A stretch of DNA of 64,000 bases from Candidatus Obscuribacterales bacterium (GCA_965228855.1 CBDDIJ010000002.1:416001-480000); one strand, 5' to 3'; counted from the stretch's first letter, positions 10,468 through 20,468 are shown. The notes: generated by a model from the sequence alone, not told the origin. Made by a program: numbers and translations.

Positions 10468-10487
10468 AGGTTTTCAAAAGAAGCCGA

Positions 10488-10519
10488 TGGCGGAGGTCCT
10501 GTTGGTACAGGCTCCGCCA
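10488..10519 (-). terminator. Hairpin after the last gene of the cluster
   Basis: TGGCGGAG..CCTGT..ACAGG CTCCGCCA followed by a T-rich run on the minus strand. Confidence 0.55.
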
Positions 10520-10536
10520 CCGGCGATTACTTCAGG

Positions 10537-10797
10537 TCAGACGTACAGCGACTGGCGACCGAAGAGGCGCTCTTCGCGCATCGCCTGCTTGTCGATGCGA
10601 CCGTCCTCGGTCAGGATGACGCGGGCGGTCGAGACCGGGCGGCGGTTGCGGCGGCGGTTGGAACCGCGACCGATGCCGAGGATGCGTTCGATGCGCTGTT
10701 CGCGCATGACGTCCTTGGCGGTGGCGCCGATGTCGAAGCCGGGGTCGTAGTCGTTGTTGTCGGTGGCGGTGGTGGTGGTGTTGTTCTGCGTGGTCAT
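10537..10797 (-). CDS. Hypothetical small Arg-rich protein
   Basis: MTTQNNTT start with AAGGAG RBS; strong codon bias. Confidence 0.65.
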   Translation of the reverse strand: MTTQNNTTTTATDNNDYDPGFDIGATAKDVMREQRIERILGIGRGSNRRRNRRPVSTARVILTEDGRIDKQAMREERLFGRQSLYV

Positions 10798-11078
10798 AGT
10801 AACTCTCCTTAGTGCCCTCTCGGGCGGTTGTGATTTGGCACCACCTTTGGTGGCGCCGCCTCGGTGGTTGTGTCGACTCGACGGCACCCGCCGCCAGCCG
10901 ACTGTTTTGCCGAATGGAACTCCCACGCGGCGAAATTCGTTGCTAAAAGAGAATCCTGATGACCAGCAACAAACCGGGGCAGACAAGTCTGTCCGCCCCG
11001 GTTGTTAGTCCAGTCACCACAATGCAGTCGCCTGCATCGCGCTCGAAACCTGCCGGAGGCATTGGTCTGTTGAGCGGG

Positions 11079-11552
11079 TCAGACCTCGACGACGAGCACG
11101 ACCGAATCGCGCGGACCGAAGTCCATGCGATTCATGTCGAACGGCTCGATCGTCTCTTCGGGCTCGTACCGGCGGAGCACACGGTCGACGAAATCCAGGC
11201 CCTCGGCTTCCTCGGCGACGATGTCGGCGAGGTTTTCGAGAGCGCCGTTGAGGTCGTCGACCGACAGGTTGCGGAGCGTGTCGCCGAAGCTGTCCGCCTG
11301 AATCATGCCGGCTTCCAGCATGTCAGCCAGGAGAGCGACATTGATGCCGCGGTCGCGCAGCTCGTCCGCGTCGGGGAAGAGGGCGAGCCCGTCCTCGTCC
11401 TCGAACAGCGCCAGGGCGCGGTCGCCGCGGTCGGCGAAGCGGTACTGGTCGATGATCGAGTCGACGCGCAGTTCTTCGTTCGCGAGCATGCCAGCCACCT
11501 GCGAGGTGAGCTGCGAGCCGGAAACGACGGCGATGAGAGTGATGTTCTTCAT
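11079..11552 (-). CDS. Hypothetical acidic protein
   Basis: MKNITLIAVV start with AAAGGA RBS; strong codon bias. Confidence 0.7.
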   Translation of the reverse strand: MKNITLIAVVSGSQLTSQVAGMLANEELRVDSIIDQYRFADRGDRALALFEDEDGLALFPDADELRDRGINVALLADMLEAGMIQADSFGDTLRNLSVDDLNGALENLADIVAEEAEGLDFVDRVLRRYEPEETIEPFDMNRMDFGPRDSVVLVVEV

Positions 11553-11640
11553 GGTCAAGTATCCTTTCGGTTTGAGGTTGTGCACCACTAGTGGTGCGGT
11601 GAAACAAAACCAGGTGCGACGTCCACCCGGACATCGCACC
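11553..11640 (-). promoter_or_regulatory. Structured 5'UTR, copy A
   Basis: 30-nt hairpin at 11611-11640 is 27/30 identical to 15753-15782; both followed by a U-rich linker, a second hairpin and the RBS. Confidence 0.65.
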
Positions 11641-11719
11641 CTCTCCGAGCACGCGCACAGAGTCGCGCTCCGAACGAACCAGGGACGGATGCAGAAGCAT
11701 CCGCCCCCGGGAAACAGGC

Positions 11720-11950
11720 TTAGCGCCGCTTGCCGCTATTCCGAATCTCGAAATCCGACTTGCGACGCTTCACCAGCGTTGCCGAACCGTAGTTCAGCTT
11801 CATGCTGCCCTCCTTGCTGGTGCGCTCCAGCTGGACGCCGGTGTGGAACTCCCCACCGATCGCCTCGCTGCAGCCAACGCACACCTTCGTGTCCGGCAGC
11901 GCCTCGAGACGCTTGGCCGGAATGGGCTCATCACAACGAATGCAAAACAT
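11720..11950 (-). CDS. TraR/DksA-type C4 zinc-finger protein
   Basis: CIRCDEPIPAKRLEALPDTKVCVGC; GGAGG RBS. Confidence 0.85.
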   Translation of the reverse strand: MFCIRCDEPIPAKRLEALPDTKVCVGCSEAIGGEFHTGVQLERTSKEGSMKLNYGSATLVKRRKSDFEIRNSGKRR

Positions 11951-12021
11951 GCAGCACCTCCTAGGTTTGACCTATCCCCCATTGGATTCGGTCTGATTGA
12001 CACGCCACCGTATACGGTGGT

Positions 12022-12420
12022 CTACCCGATCAGCTTCTCGACCTTCGCGCGGTTCGCCGCGTGCCGGAGCACGTAGCGCGCGAAGCTCAGGTTGCTGGTC
12101 GTGGTGTACTGGGGCGCCTCCATCACGGAAGCGTACCCGCGAACAGCCCGCTCGAGCTGGCGGAACTGCTGCTTCGTCAGCGTCACCGCGAAGCCGCCGG
12201 CGTAGAGCGCCAGCTGCGTCATGGCTCGGCTGTGCTTGGTCGTGCGGCGCTCGCCCTCCTCGTCGACAGGGTTGTGATAGAGCGCAGCGATCGTGCCGCA
12301 CACCATCTGCCTGTCGAACGTCAGGAAATTCCTGGGCAAGCCCTCACCCATCGGTCCGAAGCCGCGACTCATGGAGAAGTCGACGGCGACGTTGACCTGA
12401 GGACCATTTTTCGTGGCCAT
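12022..12420 (-). CDS. Hypothetical protein
   Basis: MATKNGPQ start with AAGGAG RBS. Confidence 0.65.
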   Translation of the reverse strand: MATKNGPQVNVAVDFSMSRGFGPMGEGLPRNFLTFDRQMVCGTIAALYHNPVDEEGERRTTKHSRAMTQLALYAGGFAVTLTKQQFRQLERAVRGYASVMEAPQYTTTSNLSFARYVLRHAANRAKVEKLIG

Positions 12421-12488
12421 GTTTGGCTCCTTGTTAGAGAGTGTTTTGAACTGAGAGCTAACAACCACTGTCTGATGGGTCCAGCGAA

Positions 12489-12914
12489 CTAGACCCACCG
12501 GATGTTTTCGTGTCGCGGGAACGGTCCACCGAAGACCTTGTCGAAGCACGCATCCTGCACGACCTCCTGCTCGCTGTCGGGGCACGCCAGAAGGAGACCT
12601 TCGGACGTTTCGGCAACGCAGCAATAGGTTTCCGCGCCGGTGATGCGGAACTTCGCCATCTCCCAACCGCGCTTCACGCAGGCCTCGATGACCTCGTTGG
12701 CGCCGCCGAAGGTGCGCTTGACGGCGCGGGCGAACTTGCCGTAGCCGTGCAGCTTGTCGAGGATGTGGTCGTAAGTGGGACCGCCGTAGTAATACTCGAG
12801 AAGGACGATGGGCTCGCCCTTGGCTTTTGCCGAATCCAGCTCACGTTCGATCGCCTCCAGGACGGGGCCGAACGGTACGTAAGCGATCTGGCAATCAACG
12901 ATTACGTGAACCAT
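12489..12914 (-). CDS. Isochorismatase/cysteine hydrolase family protein
   Basis: VIVDCQ, K, ITGAETYCCVAET, VVQDAC. Confidence 0.75.
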   Translation of the reverse strand: MVHVIVDCQIAYVPFGPVLEAIERELDSAKAKGEPIVLLEYYYGGPTYDHILDKLHGYGKFARAVKRTFGGANEVIEACVKRGWEMAKFRITGAETYCCVAETSEGLLLACPDSEQEVVQDACFDKVFGGPFPRHENIRWV

Positions 12915-13029
12915 CCTGTTCTCCTTTCTTATTTTTGAGGCGAAACGCGTGCGCGGTTTCGGCTCGGGTTAAGAAGACGGGGCGGGCGCAACTCGCGCCT
13001 GCCCCATCGCTAGAAACGAACTTGTGACG

Positions 13030-13566
13030 TCAGGCCAGAGCCTTACGCGACAGCACGACGTCGTCGCCGATGATGCGGAGAACGACGGCGTGAACCGACG
13101 TCCCCTTCTTCAGCGACGAGACCTTCATCGAACCGAGTTCGCTGACCGGCAAGAGTGCGCGCACGCCGTCAAGGAGGATGACGCCGGCTTCACCTGCCAT
13201 GTGAGCGAACTTGCCCTTCACCTTCTTGCCGACCGGAAACTGAGCGACGAGCGCCGGGTCCGGACGGTTGGGCTGACGAGAAGCAGGAGCAGCGGCGGGC
13301 TCGACCTCGATGACCTCGTCCAGCCGCTCGGAAACCGTGTGGAACGGTTTGCCGAAGCGGTCATCCGATGTCGCGATGACGAGAACGCGAATCTCCATGC
13401 CGACCTTGAGCTCGTCGAAACGAGCGCCACGGTTGTTGCCCTTGAGCTTGCAGAACGGAAGGCGAGCGGGTTCTGCGCTGTCGAGTTCGAGGATAGCGAA
13501 CTGCTTATCCCGGTTGATGACGGTGATTTCACCGCCTGTGACTGAGCCTACTTTTGATAGAGCCAT
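13030..13566 (-). CDS. Tandem S1 RNA-binding domain protein
   Basis: KVGSVTGGEIT..LKVGMEIRV and PVGKKVKGK..GVRALLPVSEL..LKKGTSVHAVVL; GGAGG RBS. Confidence 0.75.
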   Translation of the reverse strand: MALSKVGSVTGGEITVINRDKQFAILELDSAEPARLPFCKLKGNNRGARFDELKVGMEIRVLVIATSDDRFGKPFHTVSERLDEVIEVEPAAAPASRQPNRPDPALVAQFPVGKKVKGKFAHMAGEAGVILLDGVRALLPVSELGSMKVSSLKKGTSVHAVVLRIIGDDVVLSRKALA

Positions 13567-13954
13567 GGTAATAACCTCCTTCCAGTCACCGGCGTGCAAA
13601 GGCCGGCGCTGAAACATGTTTGGATTTTGCCTAACTCGGACACCACCGACGGTGGCGCCCCTTCGAAGCAGAAAAGCGAGTCCGAATCGCTCCGAACCCG
13701 CCTCTGCCTCATTCAGCCGACTGCGCTCGCAATCGACCGGTTGGGTCTCTCGGGGGCGATTTCTTCGCCCTGCGAGTGACCTCCACTTCAACCGCGGCAT
13801 AACGACCGCCATCGCGGCAGTCTCTCGTCCGCGGCACCGTACGTGCATTTGCACCAGCTACGGTATCGCTGGGCAAAGTCGACACGCGCCGGCGAACCGC
13901 CGCGTGTGAGTTTGGTTCACGAAGAGCAGCTGTTCACTGCCTTCTTGGACGAAC

Positions 13955-14581
13955 TCAGTTCTTGTCCGACACCGCCGCCAGGAACTGGAGCAGGTACAGG
14001 AAGAAGTTGAGGAAGTCCAGGTAGATGGACATCGTCAGCTCCACGGCCTTCGCCCAGGTGTTCTCGGAGTGACCGAGCCGGAAGAAGTCGTAGACGAAGT
14101 AGCCGGCGAAGATCACCATGCCGAACAGGCTGTAGACGATGTTGACCGTGCGGGACATGCGGACGAAGATGCCGATGACACCGACGATGATCAGCCCGAA
14201 CAGACCGAAGCCCAGGTAGGTGCCCCAGCCGCTCAGGTTGGCCGTGGTCAGAAGACCGTAGGCGCCGCAGCCGGCCATGACGCCAGCGGTGCCGAGGAAG
14301 GCGCCGCAGACCGTCTGCCAGCCGAGCTTCTGCGAGTACATCTCGACCGACGGACCCATGACGAGACCGGACAGATACGCCCAGCCCATCAGCAGGATGA
14401 TGCCGACGACCGGGTTGATGTTGGCGGCGACGATGACGGCGATGGTGCCGAGCACGAAGCCGACGAGGAGCGCGATCAGACCGCCGAGCGACTGCACACG
14501 ACGACCACACAGGGTCCCGAAGGCGCCCATGAGCATGGTGCCGGTGAGCAGCAGCGCGACTTTTGCGAACAGGGTTTCCAT
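13955..14581 (-). CDS. Bax inhibitor-1/YccA family membrane protein
   Basis: About 7 TM helices; YFVYDF and IYLDFLNFFLYLL motifs. Confidence 0.9.
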   Translation of the reverse strand: METLFAKVALLLTGTMLMGAFGTLCGRRVQSLGGLIALLVGFVLGTIAVIVAANINPVVGIILLMGWAYLSGLVMGPSVEMYSQKLGWQTVCGAFLGTAGVMAGCGAYGLLTTANLSGWGTYLGFGLFGLIIVGVIGIFVRMSRTVNIVYSLFGMVIFAGYFVYDFFRLGHSENTWAKAVELTMSIYLDFLNFFLYLLQFLAAVSDKN

Positions 14582-14752
14582 GTTGTAAACCTTTCGATGA
14601 CAGGCAGAGCCTGCCGGGTTAGGCGCGACTTCGCGCCAGAGATGAGTCGCAGCGAACTGCGACTCGAACCTACATGACTCAACGTCGAGCCATGTACTCC
14701 GGGGCGTTGCCGCCCCGGAGCATCAAGCTACGTCAGGCCGGAGCCCGACGCG

Positions 14753-15691
14753 TCAGACCGCAACGCGGCGCGGCAAGCGCATCCGCAGGTTGACCATCTC
14801 GATGCCCTCCGCAGTCGCATGCAGCGACTCGTCGGAAGGCAACGCCGGCACACTTGCGGTGAGCGTCTGCATTGCACCGTACTGCGGCGAGCCGACCAAC
14901 GCTGACAGCAGACTGGCACCGTTGGGAACGGGGCGCGGTTGCTCCCGCCGACGAACCGGTGCCACCGCGGGGGAAGCCGCGAAGTGGCTCAGCTTGCCAC
15001 TCACCTCGCTGCCGACCTTGCGGGCGGCTTTGCGGTGAGCCTCGACCTTGTTGGTCTTGGTGCCCCAGACTCCACGAGCCAGGCTGGACAATGCCACGAC
15101 CCGGACCAGAAGCTGGCTCTCCTGAGCCGACCGCCGGTAGTCCCAGGTCATGCCGGACACGTCCAGATACGCCCCAGCTTCCTTGTCGTACTCGGGACCG
15201 GAGAACCAGCCCCACTCACGCTTCGGAATCTGGAAGTACTGCCGGAACATGGTGGTCGTTCCGTGCGCGCCGTCGGTATATCCGCGCGGCATGCTTCCCT
15301 TGCCGCCAACGGCGGCGAGCGTGGGCAGAATCTCGTGCTTCCGCTCCGGTTCGAAGCCACGCTGGCCGACCAGAATTGAAGCCACTTTCATCAGCCCAGC
15401 GCTTTCGACTGCGCTCCGGAGGATGTCGAAGAGCGACACCGACCGGTGATTCAGCATGCGGACAGCGATGGTATCGCCATCCTCCGAGACTCCGAAACCG
15501 GCGAACCGCGTTTCATGGCGATCGCCAGTCACCCCGGTGTGTTCGGCGCCATTGAGCAGGTCAATGGTGTCGATGCCGTCGAAGCCCGGTCCGTCGAATC
15601 CAACGAGTCCAGCGAAACCGTGACCGACTGCATCGAACCCGTCGAGACCACCGCAGTGGCCTCCTGCGTCCAAACCATCACAGGCGTCCAT
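14753..15691 (-). CDS. Hypothetical protein with Gly/Asp-rich N-terminus
   Basis: AGGAGG RBS, 312-aa ORF co-oriented with the cluster. Confidence 0.65.
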   Translation of the reverse strand: MDACDGLDAGGHCGGLDGFDAVGHGFAGLVGFDGPGFDGIDTIDLLNGAEHTGVTGDRHETRFAGFGVSEDGDTIAVRMLNHRSVSLFDILRSAVESAGLMKVASILVGQRGFEPERKHEILPTLAAVGGKGSMPRGYTDGAHGTTTMFRQYFQIPKREWGWFSGPEYDKEAGAYLDVSGMTWDYRRSAQESQLLVRVVALSSLARGVWGTKTNKVEAHRKAARKVGSEVSGKLSHFAASPAVAPVRRREQPRPVPNGASLLSALVGSPQYGAMQTLTASVPALPSDESLHATAEGIEMVNLRMRLPRRVAV

Positions 15692-15782
15692 AGTTGAGAC
15701 CTCCTTTTGCTTTGAGTTGCGACGAGAACCCTCGTCATGGTGATAAGAAAGTCAGGCGCGACGTCCACCCGGACGCCGCACC
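15692..15782 (-). promoter_or_regulatory. Structured 5'UTR, copy B
   Basis: Same architecture as 11553-11640. Confidence 0.65.
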
Positions 15783-15823
15783 CAGCCTACCGACCGTGTC
15801 TCCACGTCCGGCGGCTGTCGTTG

Positions 15824-16744
15824 CTAGCCCTGCAGGACCACCAGGTGCTGGTGACCATTGGGGGCCAGTTCGGCGATGTTGGAACCGACAGCAGCGATTG
15901 CGTCCGACGCCTCTTCCTGGGTTTCTTTCCAGGCAGCGAACGCCGAGCAACCGTTCCTGTACGGGCAACCTTCGCAGTGGAGACCGGTGTTCGCTTTGAA
16001 CTCGCCGGACTCCACCGCCTTTTCGATGCGCCGAATCACCGAGGCGACACGGAACATGTTGCGTTCGGTAGCCGCACGCGAATACCAGAACACATGCTCC
16101 TGCTTCGAGCGGAGAAGGCGGATGACGAGCTTTACCGGACCGTCGTACGACAGAGCCCGACCAACCTGCGCCACCATGCCGGCGAAGAACACCTGGTCCT
16201 TCGCCTTCTTCCTGAGGTAGAACGCCGTCTTCTTCTCGACGAGCTGGAGAACATCGCGTCCCTTCCCTCCGTCGACCATGCCGGTCTCGTCGGGCTTGGC
16301 CACCAGTTCCCAGTGCTGGACCGGAGCCGCACAGCGCAGCAGGAGCTTGTCCTTCTGCTGGTCATGCACCTCGTCGCCAGCCTCGTCGAGAATCTCGTCG
16401 TTCTCGATCAGCTCCCGCACGATGCGCTCGGCTTCCACCCGGGTTTCCTCAGGCAGGCGCTCGAGCTGACGAGCGAGGTCCGCTTCGCGCTCCTCACCTC
16501 CCACTTTGGCCGTGGCGCGGTGCGTCAGGTCGCCGATGATCTGGTGGATCTCGCGCGGGGCCTTACGCTCGCGTTTCTTGCTCTTGCAGTAGGCGAGTTC
16601 GCACTCCTCGAATTTGCGCCAGTCCGAGAAGGACAGGCTGCGGTCCCAGGGCTTGAGGCCCGGGGGTGTCTCTTTCTGCTCCCGCCTGGGGCTGGGAGTG
16701 GAGTTACCCGTACGGGTCTCCTTGATGTCTGTTTCGTGTTTCAT
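15824..16744 (-). CDS. PD-(D/E)xK nuclease, Cas4/AddB-like with four-Cys cluster
   Basis: LSFSDW..EC, GDLTH, AKPD, VEKKT, HCEGCPYRNGC. Confidence 0.8.
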   Translation of the reverse strand: MKHETDIKETRTGNSTPSPRREQKETPPGLKPWDRSLSFSDWRKFEECELAYCKSKKRERKAPREIHQIIGDLTHRATAKVGGEEREADLARQLERLPEETRVEAERIVRELIENDEILDEAGDEVHDQQKDKLLLRCAAPVQHWELVAKPDETGMVDGGKGRDVLQLVEKKTAFYLRKKAKDQVFFAGMVAQVGRALSYDGPVKLVIRLLRSKQEHVFWYSRAATERNMFRVASVIRRIEKAVESGEFKANTGLHCEGCPYRNGCSAFAAWKETQEEASDAIAAVGSNIAELAPNGHQHLVVLQG

Positions 16745-17099
16745 ATGAACCTCCGATGGAGAATTTGCGAGCGCCGTTGAGCGCTCTGGTTAACCTGGGA
16801 GAACGTCTCCCCAGTCAGCCCCCAGCAGCTCAAACGAGCTACCACCCGGGCTGACCAGCACCGCATTTCAGCGGCCCCACCGAAGGGTCCGAACGCGCGC
16901 AGCACAAGAGGCGCGACACCATGGACGGTGTCACGCATCGAGCCGGCGAGCGTCAGAGGTTCGGATAGGGGATTGTGTTGGGCTTAACTGGTGAACTGGA
17001 AGTCGCCGGCGCGTGTACCGAGAAGCGGCAGCAGCCTTCGGTTAATCACGCGCATGCGATGAGTCCTGTTCGGTCAGCTAAGCTGCTAGCCTGGTTGAA

Positions 17100-17528
17100 C
17101 TAGTTGACGCGAACCGCGCCGACCATCTCAGCCAGCTGGTCGCCGTCATCGAGGACGATGACTTCGCCTTCGCCGAACATCGTGCGAGCCTTGAGCCCAT
17201 CCGTGTTGACGTCACCGTTCGGCAGCACGGCGTCATCAGTGATGATGAAGCGGTTGTCGACGATGGACGCGAAACCAGGAATGTCCTTGGCGACGACGGC
17301 GGGCACGGCGCCGGCGAGCACATGGAAGCTGCGGCGTTTGCCACTGCGGGTCGAACGAACGACGAAGTCGCCTTCACCGAGACCGTTGATGGTCGCCATC
17401 ACGGCTTTGCCGGTCTCGTGCTCGACGGGCGTGGTGTTGACGATGGCTTCGCGAGATGCGAAGAGAGCGCTGACGAGTTTGCCGCCGTGGTCGCTGGTGA
17501 TAACCGGAATGTTTTTGGACTGTGTCAT
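17100..17528 (-). CDS. Hypothetical protein
   Basis: MTQSKNIP start with AAGGAG RBS; codon bias. Confidence 0.7.
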   Translation of the reverse strand: MTQSKNIPVITSDHGGKLVSALFASREAIVNTTPVEHETGKAVMATINGLGEGDFVVRSTRSGKRRSFHVLAGAVPAVVAKDIPGFASIVDNRFIITDDAVLPNGDVNTDGLKARTMFGEGEVIVLDDGDQLAEMVGAVRVN

Positions 17529-18515
17529 GAGTGTCTCCTTTTGTTTTTCTTGTTTTTGCTCAATATCGAGCGGTTTATGAAACAACACGACTGCCATCCG
17601 GGAAGGCACGAGAAACTCGTGTCTGCCCCTTCATCGGACGGCGAGTCTATATCACGAGCAGCTTGGAGCGGCGCGTGAGAAATGCGGTTACCCGCGAATT
17701 TCCGGAAGAATCAGGCGCGAATCGAAACCAACATGCAGCGAAGCTAGCTCCACCGAGGTCGACAACTTCATCCCAGCAGGGTTTTCACCTGCGTTGGCTG
17801 GTCTATGGAGAACCAGGCAGTCTTGCTAAACGATGGGATTCCGCTTGCCGCCCCGATGGAGCTAGCTTCGCTGCATCATGGATGCAGGGTAAATGTTTCG
17901 ATTGCGTGAACCAGATTGGTTTTGAGCTGGTTTGTTCGCCTGAAGAGGAAGTGAATCTGTTTTAGAGATAAGTCGAGTCTAATAAACAGCATTGATGTCA
18001 AGCAATAGCGGGGTACATTCCCGTTTACGTTCTAAACACGGCGAATGCCTGAGCGGCCAGTCTTCTGAGCTCCCACTAGATAAGCGTTTACAGGCTTGAT
18101 CCCGACCCTTTTGCTCTTAAAAGCCCTCTTTTTAAAATAGATATGAGTTCGTAGCCTTACGTAGATAAACTGGTATTAATGCCTAGCGCGGCTAGATTAA
18201 CCCCGAGTAATTTCGAATCGGCAGTTCTGCAGTTCGATCTCGCGCGACATAGGCCTAAGCTGTCATGTTCTTTTTGACACAGTTGTTCCACCATCAGATC
18301 TAAATAGATCTGATGAACGAAACAGGCCAAACTGAAGATGAACTGATCAGTTCGCGCAGCTTGCCTAGATTTAATCTTTGCGGTTTTCAGACCAAACCAT
18401 GTCAAATCATCGAGTACTCGATGAGAACTTGAACTCTAAATTCGAGCGTTAGCGCTTCGCATGCATGCAAAGTCCGTCCCGTTCGAAATAGAAACGGGCC
18501 CCGTTTCTATTCAGG

Positions 18516-19580
18516 TCATTGAACCTGACGCAGACGAGCCAGACCGTGATTAGCCATAAACTGAAAAATCACGGCACTTGAATCAAAGTCGCGACTGGTA
18601 GTGCCTTTAGAATTCTTTCCGTTGGAGTGCACCTGCGGCCATCCATGACCGCCGCCCACGATTGCGTAGATCAGCACCTCGTGATTGTTCGGACAGTTGG
18701 CGTAACGCGCCACTCTCAGACTAGTGCCATCTATGCCTTTCACATCCGGATATTCTTCATGGGTGTAGTCGTTTCCACACTTGTTTCCCTGAAGCCAGAA
18801 ATCAATTGCCTGGGAGGCCGACGCACCGATTCCGCGGTTGTAACCATGAGCACCCGGATTGATGGGTCCGCCGTTGAACGGCACGACTTTGTCGTCCGTG
18901 CCAAGGATGTACATCATTGAACAATTGCCCTTCAATCGCATTTTGTTTATCAAAACCTGCGATATGGTACCGGCGACAGACGCGACCGCCTGTATCTGCC
19001 CCTGCAATTTCAAAGCCGCATATTGCGCAAAGAAACCGCCGTCAGAGAATCCACAAGCATAGACTCCGGTTCGATCAAGACGCCACTTGCGCTCGAGGGT
19101 ATCCAGAATTTGAGAAACGAAGCCAACATCGTCCATCTGCTGAGCGTCGGTTCTTCTCCCGTCGCTCCAGGTACCAACTCCTTCCGGATAAACAACGAGG
19201 AAACCATATTGGTCGGACAATTCGTTAAACCGCGCCATGCGACTCATCGCGCGAGCATTGGAACCTTCCTGATGAAACACTAGAAGCGCAGGAGTTGGTT
19301 GTTGTGGGTTGAAAGTAGGCGGCACGTGAATGTAAAACGTCCGCTTGTAACCCTCGTGCCCGACGAAATCTTTGATCAACTGGTCGTGCGATTGCGGCTT
19401 AGGCTTCTTGTTCCGTGCCTGCGCGGCGCCCGCGTTGTTCGGATTGGGTTGGTAATCTTGCAAACCGCCTGACACCACAGGCGATATCAAAGCACATAAA
19501 AGACTGACCACTGCGAGCGTGGTTTTGGAAGCGGTTTTTCGCTTCTGGCACAAATCGCTACTGGAAAAAACCATACTCAA
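18516..19580 (-). CDS. Secreted PHB-depolymerase/LpqC-like alpha/beta hydrolase
   Basis: Signal peptide, VVYPEG, DDVGF, GFSDGG nucleophile, GTDD, GGGHGWP. Confidence 0.85.
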   Translation of the reverse strand: MSMVFSSSDLCQKRKTASKTTLAVVSLLCALISPVVSGGLQDYQPNPNNAGAAQARNKKPKPQSHDQLIKDFVGHEGYKRTFYIHVPPTFNPQQPTPALLVFHQEGSNARAMSRMARFNELSDQYGFLVVYPEGVGTWSDGRRTDAQQMDDVGFVSQILDTLERKWRLDRTGVYACGFSDGGFFAQYAALKLQGQIQAVASVAGTISQVLINKMRLKGNCSMMYILGTDDKVVPFNGGPINPGAHGYNRGIGASASQAIDFWLQGNKCGNDYTHEEYPDVKGIDGTSLRVARYANCPNNHEVLIYAIVGGGHGWPQVHSNGKNSKGTTSRDFDSSAVIFQFMANHGLARLRQVQ

Positions 19581-19634
19581 ATAAGATTTCCATGTTCGAA
19601 CACTAGATGCCCGCGGACCAGCATCTATCCGATT

Positions 19635-20318
19635 TTAGTGATGTGTCAGCTTTCCGAAGAAAGCGAGAATTTCGTGGAAGTAAGTTACTCCGTACAGCAC
19701 CGCAGTAAAGCCTATGATTATGAACAGCCCAGCCTTAGCGATTCTCCACATACCCAGGTTGAACTTGCGCGCTTTGCTCTTCTTGGCCGTTGCCACCACG
19801 GGCGGCGCGGTTGAAATCTCGTCCGCCTTAGGTTCAAGGGACATCGGCAGATTTGAACCCAGGTCGACTTGTCCAGCTTTCATACTGTGCTGCACTTCAG
19901 GCTGCTTATCGAGCAGACCGTCAGGATTCTCGGGCAAGTTAGGCAGCAAAGCGACAATCTTGTCAACTTTAAGCCAGAGAGACTGATTGACGTCCGTAAT
20001 GTGCTTGCGAAGTGGATCCAGAATGGCATAATTGCCTTCTTCAATTGTCAGCAAGCGTCGCACGGCGGTGTAACCAATTTCGTTAGTCTGGTTTACTTTG
20101 CCACCAATGATGTAACCACCTTGCGAGAACGCAATCTGCCCCTGCAATTCCGAACCGTTGTCGTTGATGCGAAGAATAGGTGTTTTCACCGACTTGATCT
20201 CGGCGCAGGTTTTAAGAACCTCATCAATTCCCTCTTCCGGCGTTATTTTGCCTTCGATGATAACGTCCACAAAAACCTCGGTTTGATAAGCCTGAACGAT
20301 AAAAAATACGGTGGACAC
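19635..20318 (-). CDS. Hypothetical protein, DUF4388/PatA-N-like domain plus C-terminal TM helix
   Basis: ILRIND..GQIAFSQGGYIIG..AVRRLL..EGNY pattern; start uncertain. Confidence 0.55.
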   Translation of the reverse strand: MSTVFFIVQAYQTEVFVDVIIEGKITPEEGIDEVLKTCAEIKSVKTPILRINDNGSELQGQIAFSQGGYIIGGKVNQTNEIGYTAVRRLLTIEEGNYAILDPLRKHITDVNQSLWLKVDKIVALLPNLPENPDGLLDKQPEVQHSMKAGQVDLGSNLPMSLEPKADEISTAPPVVATAKKSKARKFNLGMWRIAKAGLFIIIGFTAVLYGVTYFHEILAFFGKLTHH

Positions 20319-20468
20319 CCAGTCAGGAGACTAGTCTAACAGATCTGTTCAAACTGGTGTCAGTTGCCAGCCAGGCGCCCGCCGACACGCTTGACGACGT
20401 GTCGATAAAACAAAGCATTATCGGTTCTATCGCCTGCGCAACTCGAAAGTACGGTAAAATCTGTCGCC

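Noticed and set aside
10537..17528. Prophage
   Set aside because: No integrase, terminase, capsid, tail or lysis genes.
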